Positions 29,215-37,709 of a DNA stretch of 48,308 nt are shown in pieces. Numbering within the stretch: the stretch's first letter is position 1; each line of letters begins with the position of its first letter. The DNA comes from Colwellia polaris (GTDB lineage Archaea > Nanohalarchaeota > Nanosalinia > Nanosalinales > Nanosalinaceae), in the NCBI GenBank assembly GCA_047617785.1, contig JBLGBK010000005.1:1-48308 (forward strand), given 5' to 3'. Both the position numbers and the translations under genes were made by a program. Under the pieces are notes generated by a model. It was not told where the DNA came from. It did no database searches and worked only from the letters and a program-made list of their open reading frames with translations.

Positions 29215-30460
29215 CCGGCGTTCCTCCTGCATGCCATGATTTACGTGGTCTCATCTGTACAGGGTAAACTCTTTCGGAGTTGTCATCTAGCACAATTCCC
29301 GTTCCCGGACGGTCAGGTAGTGCATCAATGTAATGCGCGAGGTCGTGACGCATGTAGCTCTGCATGATCTCTCCTAATGCTTCAATATCTTGTTTAGCAG
29401 TTAATCTGTGTGAAAGGATTATATCACACTGAGATAATGCGTTTGGATGCAGCTTTGCTGGCTGCTGCGTACATAGTGCGAGCGATACACCGGGTTCTCG
29501 TCCAATTTTGACCCATCGAAGCAATGGTTTAGATGCCGGTGTCACCCCATTTGCGGGCAGGAACTGGTGTGCCTCATCGATAAGCATCCAGACGATAGGC
29601 ATCTCATTCTTGCTGATACCCTGCATCTCATCCAGCTCCTCCATCCTTCTTGCTGCCATTCTGTCAGCCAGTAGTTTTCGTGCGAGTAATCCGACTACTA
29701 GGCCTCTTACCGACCATCCCGAGCTTATGTCGCCGAAGACCGATAAGTCAATTACTGATAGTTCTCCTCTATTGGTGAATTCGTCAAGCGATGATTCTTC
29801 ACCGAATACGCCCCAGTCTTTTGCAGACATAAAACGATTTTCAAGGGATTTGACTGTGGCTTCGTCGAATTCGAAGTTATCAAGAGCCTTTATTATGTGA
29901 TCAAGCGTATATTCGTTATCGAATTTGTCGCCTAGTTTAGATATAACTCTTTCAAGTAGTATTCCTTCTTTTTCGTTTGCATCTATATCGAATGCCATAC
30001 GCCACTCTGATGAGGAGAGATCTCCGGGCTTCATAGTGAATGTTTTATCGTATGGCATCTCTTTTTCTTCAAATTCTTTTTGCTTTCCTTTTGGTATAAA
30101 TACCTGTACATCCATTGCTTCAGGTTTTATATCCCATTTGTCGAGTTCACTAGCCATTCGGTCGTTTGGACGTTTCATGGACCAGTAGATCCCCATAGGA
30201 TCAACTATGATGGTAGAAAGATTATCGGATATGTCGGTGTCCTGTATTTCTTCTGCTATTGTTCCAAGAGAGTATGATTTACCTGTTCCTCTTTTTCCGA
30301 AGACTCCCATGACGTGTGGTTTGGCGACATCGAAGAAAATTGGGTTAGCCATATGTGCTTCTTCGTTTTCTCCTACCAGGTGGCGGCCGATTACACCTGT
30401 ACCATCAAGTCCGTGTTCTTCCCTGTCCGATTCTCCTCTTCCAACACTGATCTTTGGCAT
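29198..30460 (-). CDS. HerA/FtsK-superfamily ATPase (DUF87)
   Basis: GKRGTGKS, IVDPMG, IDEAH, GREPG, TQQP. Confidence 0.9.
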   Translation of the reverse strand: MPKISVGRGESDREEHGLDGTGVIGRHLVGENEEAHMANPIFFDVAKPHVMGVFGKRGTGKSYSLGTIAEEIQDTDISDNLSTIIVDPMGIYWSMKRPNDRMASELDKWDIKPEAMDVQVFIPKGKQKEFEEKEMPYDKTFTMKPGDLSSSEWRMAFDIDANEKEGILLERVISKLGDKFDNEYTLDHIIKALDNFEFDEATVKSLENRFMSAKDWGVFGEESSLDEFTNRGELSVIDLSVFGDISSGWSVRGLVVGLLARKLLADRMAARRMEELDEMQGISKNEMPIVWMLIDEAHQFLPANGVTPASKPLLRWVKIGREPGVSLALCTQQPAKLHPNALSQCDIILSHRLTAKQDIEALGEIMQSYMRHDLAHYIDALPDRPGTGIVLDDNSERVYPVQMRPRKSWHAGGTPDAFED

Positions 30461-30503
30461 TACATGTCACGCTTTTGGTTGCTGGAATATTAAAGTGAAC
30501 GAT

Positions 30504-31124
30504 TTATACTAGAGTTAGTCCAAGGAAGAACAGATTGAGCCCCATCAGTATAAGCCAGGTGAAACCGCTCCAGCGAAGTATGTAGGCTCCGTCAAGCTCT
30601 CCTGTTGGTATGCCCCAAAAGTCGAAGGGCAGCATTTGCATGATTGCAAAGTAGGATGTCATTTGTGCTATCTGAGTGAATCCTAAAATAGCCGATAGCA
30701 AGTAGAATATCATTAAACCTGTTATTCCTCCAGTTACAAGCCAGTATTGTCTTTTAGCCCAAATTGCATCGATAGATTTACCCCAATGTTCGTATTTCCG
30801 ACCTGAAAACTCGGATTGAAGCGGGAACAGAAGGAGAAGCGGTATACTGGTTAGTGCAGTTATTATTACTCCGAAAAATGTTATTACTGCTCCTTCTTCG
30901 GATATTTCCAGCTCAACGTAGGCATCCATCCACTGTGCTACCGACCTCTGACCTACTTCACGGGCTAGGAGAATCAGTATGGAACCAGTCACAGTAATTG
31001 CCGCAGTTCCAAGAGCATAGTTTTTGTAGAACGCTATGAAAGCTGCGGATATCAGAACCGCTGATAGTATAAATGCGTATATATCGTCTACAGACGGGCG
31101 GAAGCTGGATTTTATCTCTGTCAC
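30504..31124 (-). CDS. Membrane protein, degenerate site-2 protease (M50)-like
   Basis: REVGQ in place of HExxH; QMLP...LDG resembles NLLP...LDG; GTGA overlap with the upstream gene. Confidence 0.6.
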   Translation of the reverse strand: MTEIKSSFRPSVDDIYAFILSAVLISAAFIAFYKNYALGTAAITVTGSILILLAREVGQRSVAQWMDAYVELEISEEGAVITFFGVIITALTSIPLLLLFPLQSEFSGRKYEHWGKSIDAIWAKRQYWLVTGGITGLMIFYLLSAILGFTQIAQMTSYFAIMQMLPFDFWGIPTGELDGAYILRWSGFTWLILMGLNLFFLGLTLV

Positions 31125-31633
31125 TGTTCCACTGTTTCGGTATTATACGTTTTTTCTATAAATATCTCCGCTATGTTCTCGCCCAGATCGTATCTAGCTG
31201 AATCCCGGAAAATCTCCGGGAATTTCCTGATGTCATCTATGTGGAGTCCTGCTTCATCACTCTCATAAACTTCTAGAAGATAACTCCAGGGGACCATGTA
31301 TGCTTGACGCGACTTTCCTCGGCCTCTTTTGATTTCTACAGCTAGGAAGCCTGTACGTCCGGAACGGTTCAGAAAGTCTGTGATTCTTTCGACCTGATGA
31401 CCTCCATCGGATACAGAGAAGTGCTGGCTGAAGTAAAGCTTGTTTGTAGAAGACTCCTTGATCGACTTATTCTCTATCGCCAGATAGAAAGTTTCATGAG
31501 GTGAATCAACCAGTACATCGCACAATTGACTGGAGAAACGATGCTGCTTCTTTCTATGTGCTATACCTTCTAGCTCTTCATCTTCAAAGTAGTCATTGAA
31601 GGAGTTTACCAGCGCTCTCTCAAAATCAGTCAT
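31121..31633 (-). CDS. PD-(D/E)xK nuclease, Holliday-junction-resolvase-like
   Basis: FER...DVLVDS...AIENKS, HQV, GFLAVE. Confidence 0.7.
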   Translation of the reverse strand: MTDFERALVNSFNDYFEDEELEGIAHRKKQHRFSSQLCDVLVDSPHETFYLAIENKSIKESSTNKLYFSQHFSVSDGGHQVERITDFLNRSGRTGFLAVEIKRGRGKSRQAYMVPWSYLLEVYESDEAGLHIDDIRKFPEIFRDSARYDLGENIAEIFIEKTYNTETVEQ

Positions 31634-31676
31634 GGCACAGTAAAGAATAGCTCGTAGTGAAATAATAAAGTATTGT

Positions 31677-32426
31677 CTAGAAACTGGTGACGTCTGTTTG
31701 AAGCGGTCTATCCATAGTTTTTCCTTCCGTCATAGCCATTGCTATTCTCTCTGTAAAGATAACTTGGCCTTTCACCGACTTGATCTCGCCTCGAAGAACG
31801 CCTGAACGATGCAGACGCGGCATTGAAATATCCGGATAAACTGTTAAATTCTGAACGTCAACCACCTTTCCTTGATAATTCAATTCCTCTAACTTGTTTT
31901 CAAGTTGAGGAGAGGTTTTCGAGTTTATCTTTTTCTCTTTCCTGATCCTTTGCGAGATACCGTTTTGGTCAGTTATTCTCTGCTCCTCTTCAAGCGCTTC
32001 CTTCGAGCTTAAACCAGAGCAGATCTCTACTCCGTAGTCTGCTCCTTGTTCTACCCATCTCTTTGGAATGTTTTCGCTTCGGGTAACTCCTACTTTTATC
32101 TTAGAACCAATCTGTGCTAGGTAAACTGAGAACTCTCCTTCCAGATCGGTTCCTGTATCCCCTCTTACGTAGCCAGCGTAGATATCTTTTCCACGGCATT
32201 CGGGGCATTGGCTGCCGGACTTTATTCTCCGGAATTCTGTACATACTGCTCTTTCCCCTGGTTCTGGTGCGTAACCCGTACATCGCCTTTCATCCGTTAT
32301 TTCGTAGTTGAGTTCTCTACCTGGTTCAAGTCCTTGTAGATCGAAGTCTGTTCCATCAGTTGTTTTGAGAAAGGCTTTCCAGCCGTTATTTGTGTTCTTC
32401 CAGACTACTTTGACGATCGCTCTCAT
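31677..32426 (-). CDS. DUF2797 family protein
   Basis: C..C..QCPEC cluster, VYLA..IKVGVT..RWVEQGA. Confidence 0.85.
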   Translation of the reverse strand: MRAIVKVVWKNTNNGWKAFLKTTDGTDFDLQGLEPGRELNYEITDERRCTGYAPEPGERAVCTEFRRIKSGSQCPECRGKDIYAGYVRGDTGTDLEGEFSVYLAQIGSKIKVGVTRSENIPKRWVEQGADYGVEICSGLSSKEALEEEQRITDQNGISQRIRKEKKINSKTSPQLENKLEELNYQGKVVDVQNLTVYPDISMPRLHRSGVLRGEIKSVKGQVIFTERIAMAMTEGKTMDRPLQTDVTSF

Positions 32427-33030
32427 TTAGCATCTCCTCCAGTGCTTTCCTGTGTCCTGCGCCTACAAAGGCTGCGATATCTTTCTCAGGGTTATTTTCC
32501 TGTAACTGTTTCAAGGCGTTGTACATGTATTCGTTTCTTTCTTCAATTAATACCTGGTGTAGGCCCGGGAAGGATTCTTCAAGCTGCTCTGTCATTTCGT
32601 CGATCATTTCTTCTTCCGGTATCTTGCTGACATCGAACTTTTCTCCAAATATTAGGCCGCCAACCATTGAGAAACCAGCTTTGACCTTTTCCTTCCGGCT
32701 AAGGCTGCTCAGTCTGTGGAAAGTTACACGTATATCCTGATCAATCAGTGCTACATCGCGATTGGTTTCCATAGCCTTGTTGTAGGCATGTATCATTTCT
32801 TCTCCGGGCATTACTCCTGTACGTCGGCCGATATAGCGCTGGAAGTATCTGAGAAGTCTTAGAAATATAGGTGCTCCGCTTGAATCTGTCTGGCCTTGTT
32901 GCTGAAGTGCGTGAAGTCTCTGCGAGTCAAGTTCTAGAGCAACTATCTCAAATCGGTCGTCTTCAAGAACCTTGTCTATCTTATCGATGCTTTCCTGCGA
33001 AACATGTGACGTACCGTATAATTCAATCAT
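32386..33030 (-). CDS. TraB/PrgY/GumN family protein
   Basis: GTSHVS, VALELD..R, PGEEM, LIDQD, LIEERN, VGAGH. Confidence 0.92.
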   Translation of the reverse strand: MIELYGTSHVSQESIDKIDKVLEDDRFEIVALELDSQRLHALQQQGQTDSSGAPIFLRLLRYFQRYIGRRTGVMPGEEMIHAYNKAMETNRDVALIDQDIRVTFHRLSSLSRKEKVKAGFSMVGGLIFGEKFDVSKIPEEEMIDEMTEQLEESFPGLHQVLIEERNEYMYNALKQLQENNPEKDIAAFVGAGHRKALEEMLNESDRQSSLEEHK

Positions 33031-33054
33031 ATTTTCCTCTTAGGTTAAACAATA

Positions 33055-33323
33055 GCGGGTTCTCAGGGATGGGCACGGAACTTCGCGCCGGTGACTCCCC
33101 GGATATATCTCGGATCCGCCACCCTCCGAACATACTACCTGATGCTTAAGGCTGCTCCCGTCAAGGCCTGACCTGGTTCACACCAGGCAGCACCCCGGAG
33201 GACGGATCGTCAGTAATATATCCAAGGACCGACAGCGAAATACCGATGCCGCTCCCTGATTTTTGGCTCCCGTATAGAGGATTTCCGGATTACAGGCGAC
33301 CCCGAACCGCCCAGCCTACCCAC
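33055..33323 (-). ncRNA. ffs: Signal recognition particle (7S) RNA
   Basis: Helix-8 SRP54 site GUCAGG-CCU-UGAC-GGG-AGCAG (33151-33172); Alu-like 5' domain containing CUGUAA; terminal helix GUGGGU/ACCCGC; TTTTAA box upstream. Confidence 0.93.
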
Positions 33324-33382
33324 ACAGAACAAAGACACTGGAAATGTTAAAAGTCGAAGGGATAGAATAATAGGGACGAAAA

Positions 33383-33763
33383 TTACGAGTTAAATTTCTC
33401 TTCTATCTCTGATTTTACATTCTCAGGGAGCAAGCCCATAACAAGGCTGACTCCGATTATCAGGTAAAGAGGAACCTTCAAGTTGAAAAACTCAGTAAGA
33501 GCCATACCTGAGAAGAGGTCTGAAAGATACAGAACGTATGATATTGAGATGAAAACTGCAGATAAAAACAGGCAGTAACCGTTCGTCCTATCTTTGCTTA
33601 TTATAACGTAATAGAAGAGCGAAGAAGCCAGAAATATCAGATAGTAAAGGCTATTGCCAAAAAGATTGTGAGAGCTCGCTAACAACGTAAAAATTATAGC
33701 AATTAGAGCTAAAAACAGTAGCTTGGCGCTTCTTTCTTCCTTCTTGACCCATATCTTATCCAT
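33383..33763 (-). CDS. Hypothetical membrane protein (about 4 TM)
   Basis: Hydrophobic 126-aa ORF. Confidence 0.65.
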   Translation of the reverse strand: MDKIWVKKEERSAKLLFLALIAIIFTLLASSHNLFGNSLYYLIFLASSLFYYVIISKDRTNGYCLFLSAVFISISYVLYLSDLFSGMALTEFFNLKVPLYLIIGVSLVMGLLPENVKSEIEEKFNS

Positions 33764-33841
33764 AAAACAATCTTACAGAGACATTTGAAAAGTAAGATTA
33801 AAAGACCAGTGGTCTATAAACCAAGATATAATTTTCTTCAA

Positions 33842-34648
33842 TCAAAGTTCTATTTCTGTGCCTTTTTCTGCCACATGGAATCCACGCTCTTCTAGCTCCT
33901 CCCGTTCTTCTGTGTCCTCTCTGAGCGCAGGATTGGTGTGGTTGAGGTGTGTGAAGTAGATTTCTGTGTCCCAGTCTTCTGTTTTGTGCATTGTTTCTTT
34001 CATTACCGGGTGCGTTACTTCTTCGAAGCGGTCTATTTCTCCTTCGTTCCAGAACGTGCCATCTACTATTGCTATATCTGCTTCTTTGACACTTTCAAGC
34101 GTTTCTTCTGTCCATGCGTGGATGTCTGACATGTAGAAGAGCTTTTTATTAGGTCCCTTAATCATAAAGCTGGTTGTATCTGTGTTTAGACGGCTGTGAT
34201 CGGCTTCTCTTGCCTCTATTTCGGCACCCTGAAGCTTCAGGTTATCTCCGTCGTTGAAGTCTTTCAGATCTATATTGTTTTTGTCTATTAGAAGTCTGTA
34301 AGGGTCGTTCCTTTCTATGAAGTTCCGGGTTTTGTCTGTAACGTAGACTGGCAGACCGTTTTTATCGCAGCCTTCTTCACCAAATTCCAGTAGCCCGGTG
34401 ATGTGACCAAGCTGGCCGTGGCTGACAAATATTCCGTCAATATAGTCTCCTTTAATCTGGTATCTGATATCTGTGGTCGCATCGATTAGATAGCGGATAG
34501 AGTCCTCATCAGAACTCTCTTTCAGAAGAACAGATGCTATATACTTCTGATTCCTTTGATCTTCTCTTGCAGCTTCACAGACGTCGCACCCACACCCAAG
34601 ATGCGGTACGCCTCCATCCTGTACGTTTCCTAGTATTTCTACTTTCAT
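33842..34648 (-). CDS. Metallo-beta-lactamase-fold hydrolase, PqqB/PhnP-like
   Basis: QDGGVPHLGCGCDVC, LIDAT, SHGQLGH, DGTFW, THLNHTNP. Confidence 0.85.
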   Translation of the reverse strand: MKVEILGNVQDGGVPHLGCGCDVCEAAREDQRNQKYIASVLLKESSDEDSIRYLIDATTDIRYQIKGDYIDGIFVSHGQLGHITGLLEFGEEGCDKNGLPVYVTDKTRNFIERNDPYRLLIDKNNIDLKDFNDGDNLKLQGAEIEAREADHSRLNTDTTSFMIKGPNKKLFYMSDIHAWTEETLESVKEADIAIVDGTFWNEGEIDRFEEVTHPVMKETMHKTEDWDTEIYFTHLNHTNPALREDTEEREELEERGFHVAEKGTEIEL

Positions 34649-34783
34649 ATTGGTTATAACCTTATTCAGGTGTATGAATTACTGAACCCAAAAGTTAAAA
34701 ATACGAACTCAACTCAAGGACAGTCTATCTAAACCCTACTTGTGCTTATTAAAAACTTCCAACACACCTGTTAAACATAGAAT

Positions 34784-34854
34784 GCCGGGATGGCAGAGGA
34801 GTTATGCAGCGGCCTGCAAAGCCGCCTACCAGGGTGCAAATCCCTGTCCCGGCT
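34784..34854 (+). tRNA. tRNA-Cys (GCA), intronless, CCA not encoded
   Basis: Acceptor GCCGGGA/TCCCGGC, anticodon arm GCGGC-CTGCAAA-GCCGC, T arm CAGGG-TGCAAAT-CCCTG, U73 discriminator. Confidence 0.95.
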
Positions 34855-34902
34855 TATTGGAGACATATTGCTTTTTTAACCAGCTTCCCGGTTTTTCTTT
34901 TA

Positions 34903-35376
34903 ATGAATATCAAAGAGGCAGACGTGTCCGATGCCGAAAATCTGGTTGATGAACTCTGGATTCCTCTAGCAAAGGAAATGGAAGAAGTCTCTGAGTTCAA
35001 CACGCTTGCGGAAAGCGGCGTACGGTCAGATGCCGTAAAATACTTCACTGACCGCTTGAGAAAGGACAAGCATAACTTCCTGATTGCAGAAGTAGACGGA
35101 GAGTACGCGGGTTTTGTGAGTGTTGAGGAACGGACTGCTAGGCCTGTTTTTGAGCGTGATAAATACGGTCATATCCACGAACTGTATGTATCGAAACATT
35201 ATCGGCGTCAAGGGATTGCAACAGAACTTTTGAAGGCTGCTGAAGATATGTGCCGCGAAAAAGGGTTTGATATGATTCGCCTCTCAGTTAACGTCCGAAA
35301 TGATTCTGCGCAGGAGCTTTACAGAGAGAACAATTTCTACGCTGAAAGAACTATGATGGTTAAGGACTTAGACTAA
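34903..35376 (+). CDS. GNAT N-acetyltransferase
   Basis: LYVSKHYRRQGIATELL, N..A.ELY; start moved to ATG 34903 because the longer ORF overlaps the tRNA. Confidence 0.9.
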   Translation: MNIKEADVSDAENLVDELWIPLAKEMEEVSEFNTLAESGVRSDAVKYFTDRLRKDKHNFLIAEVDGEYAGFVSVEERTARPVFERDKYGHIHELYVSKHYRRQGIATELLKAAEDMCREKGFDMIRLSVNVRNDSAQELYRENNFYAERTMMVKDLD

Positions 35377-35448
35377 AAGAAACTTTATCTAAGAATAAGC
35401 GAGTATAGCCAGAAATAACTTGAATCTGCTTCTACATAAACAGGTTTT

Positions 35449-36249
35449 ATGGAAGTCCGCGAAAGACAGCAGGTTGTCCAGTGCATAGTGATGGAGCAAG
35501 GAAGAGAAGACCAAGTTTTAATGGGTAAACGTAAACGCGACGACTACTGGGAGTTCCTTGGCGGAAAACTTGAGAAAGGAGAAGATGTTATCGAGGCAGG
35601 TATACGCGAACTTTCAGAAGAAACAGGTCTAGATCTTAGCATGGACAATGTAGTGGAGCACAGAGATGGAGAAAGCTACAGAAGCAAAGATGACGGACAG
35701 TACGTTCTGAATCCTCTCAAACTTGTATTCAGAAAAGATACTTTTGAAGAGATTAAGGTATCTGAGATGCCCGACCATTCAAAGTATGAATGGGTTGACC
35801 TTAAGGAGTTCTACAGCTACGATACACTTGGACAGTATCAGGCTCTGGAAAATCTTGGAATAGTGAATGGAGACGTTGCAATAGCAGTACCTTTCAACGG
35901 CGAGAAATATCTGTTGATGAAGAGAGGTCCTTCAAACACCAGTTCTGGATTCTGGGCATTTCCAGGCGGAAAAATAGAAGATGTTGAAGAAGGTAAAGGC
36001 GCGGTACTGCGCGAATTAGAGGAAGAAACTCAGTTAAACGGTACTATAGAGTATTCAGGAAAGCCTTACATTGATGAAGGTCAGTTAGGTTTCTGGCGGA
36101 TATTTCCTTATCTTGTAAAAGTATCCCAGGATGCAAAAGCTGTGCCTGACGCCGATCATTCTGCACATGAATGGGTTGACCTTGAAGACCTAGAAGAAAA
36201 AGAGACGCTAGGCGAGAAAAAATCGATAGAAAACCTAGACCTGAAATAG
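35449..36249 (+). CDS. Tandem two-domain NUDIX hydrolase
   Basis: Two Nudix boxes: GGKLE..RELSEETG and GGKIE..RELEEET. Confidence 0.92.
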   Translation: MEVRERQQVVQCIVMEQGREDQVLMGKRKRDDYWEFLGGKLEKGEDVIEAGIRELSEETGLDLSMDNVVEHRDGESYRSKDDGQYVLNPLKLVFRKDTFEEIKVSEMPDHSKYEWVDLKEFYSYDTLGQYQALENLGIVNGDVAIAVPFNGEKYLLMKRGPSNTSSGFWAFPGGKIEDVEEGKGAVLRELEEETQLNGTIEYSGKPYIDEGQLGFWRIFPYLVKVSQDAKAVPDADHSAHEWVDLEDLEEKETLGEKKSIENLDLK

Positions 36250-36253
36250 AACC

Positions 36254-36649
36254 ATGCCCGACCACATAGCAGCCAAAACAGCAGTATACAACCCTGAAAA
36301 GGGCGATTTTCTACTTGTGAAGATAGCTGATTCAAAGGAACATGGCGGTAAATGGGAATTTCCTGGCGGCGGAGTAAAGAAAGGGGAAACGCCTGAACAG
36401 GCAGCTTTACGCGAACTTGAAGAAGAAACCGGTTTGAAAGGAGAGATAATCAAAACTGGAGAAGCCGGTACCGTGGATCTGGATGGAAAAGTACTCGAGA
36501 TACACCCCTTCCTTGTAGTCGTTAAAGATTCTAAAGTGGAACTAAGTCGAGAACACAACAACTACAAGTGGTTGAAAAAGGAGGATTTCACCGAACTAGA
36601 TACCGTTGAAGGTGTACAGAAAGAACTGGAGGTTCTAGGTATAGAATAA
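36254..36649 (+). CDS. NUDIX hydrolase
   Basis: PGGGVKKGETPEQAALRELEEETGL, LSREH. Confidence 0.94.
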   Translation: MPDHIAAKTAVYNPEKGDFLLVKIADSKEHGGKWEFPGGGVKKGETPEQAALRELEEETGLKGEIIKTGEAGTVDLDGKVLEIHPFLVVVKDSKVELSREHNNYKWLKKEDFTELDTVEGVQKELEVLGIE

Positions 36650-36749
36650 TAGTTGTATAGATAACAAAGATAGATCGGTCTGAGGCAACGGACCGTTAAA
36701 TACTGTTAAAGGTTTAAAGACAGTTCTGGGAAAATGTTGATATAACGCT

Positions 36750-37193
36750 ATGAGCAAGGAAGAATTCAGAACCGTGGTTAAAGGCCTGATAACATATAAA
36801 GGCGAATTTTTGATAGGAAAGAAAGAAAAGACCTCTGGACACCCGATCAGTGAAGAATGGCACCTTCTAGGAGGTCATCTTGAGCACGGAGAACAGGTTG
36901 AAGACGCAATCGAACGAGAAGTAAAAGAAGAAACCGGGCTCGAAGTCGATGTACACCAGACTGTCGATGTTATGACCTTTGCATGGGATGGAGAAGAAAA
37001 AGATGCACTACAGATAGTATTTCACTGTGAAGCCGAAAACAAGAATGCAGAAGCCCTAGATGACCTATCAGAAGTAAAATGGGTTAGCCCGGAAAAGGTC
37101 AAGGACTATGTACACAGCGGAGAGGCACAGAGACTTCGAGATAGGGAAAGTCAAGCCCAGTTCCTCGAAAAAGTGAAGAAAGCACCGTTCTAA
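36750..37193 (+). CDS. NUDIX hydrolase
   Basis: GGHLEHGE..AIEREVKEETGL. Confidence 0.93.
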   Translation: MSKEEFRTVVKGLITYKGEFLIGKKEKTSGHPISEEWHLLGGHLEHGEQVEDAIEREVKEETGLEVDVHQTVDVMTFAWDGEEKDALQIVFHCEAENKNAEALDDLSEVKWVSPEKVKDYVHSGEAQRLRDRESQAQFLEKVKKAPF

Positions 37194-37196
37194 AGT

Positions 37197-37691
37197 ATGA
37201 AATTTCTTCGTCACTTCCAGACAGAAATCGAACCGGAAACACCCTCTTCAGAGTGGAATTTATCAGAAGAAGGACAAAAGGAAAGCCGAGATTTTGTGGA
37301 AGAAAACAGCTTTGACGTGAAAAAAGTTTATACTAGTACAGAGCCGAAAGCTGTTGAAACAGCTGAAAAGATAGCAGAGAAAGCCAATGCAGAACTTGTG
37401 AAAACCGATCTTCTATGTGAAGTAGATCGCAGCGAAGAAGGCTTCGTCGAAGATCATGACAGGTACATTGAACTGGTAGAAGATTATCTCTCTGGCGGTT
37501 CAGAAGCCGACTGGAGGAGTCAAGAATATGTGAAGCAGCGATTCCAAAAATTCATTGAGAAATCTGAGGAAAACAGTATCGCCGTTACTCACGGACTTTT
37601 TCTATCGCTGAACATTCCTGATAAAGACAAAATTGAGTACTGGAAAAACCTGGAATTTGGCGAAACAATCAACTATAGAATTGATAGTTAG
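37197..37691 (+). CDS. Histidine phosphatase superfamily protein
   Basis: LRH, LSEEG, STEPKAVETA, VTHG. Confidence 0.85.
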   Translation: MKFLRHFQTEIEPETPSSEWNLSEEGQKESRDFVEENSFDVKKVYTSTEPKAVETAEKIAEKANAELVKTDLLCEVDRSEEGFVEDHDRYIELVEDYLSGGSEADWRSQEYVKQRFQKFIEKSEENSIAVTHGLFLSLNIPDKDKIEYWKNLEFGETINYRIDS

Positions 37692-37709
37692 CTAGGTAGT
37701 GCAGAATTT

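Noticed and set aside
29198-31633. HerA plus nuclease as an anti-phage defence system
   Set aside because: The genes are not adjacent, they lie among core genes, and no SIR2, DUF4297 or other defence context is present
32871-33149. 92-aa plus-strand ORF
   Set aside because: Antisense to the traB-like gene and SRP RNA; spurious
34804-34902. N-terminal extension of the GNAT ORF
   Set aside because: Overlaps tRNA-Cys; ATG 34903 fits the domain start
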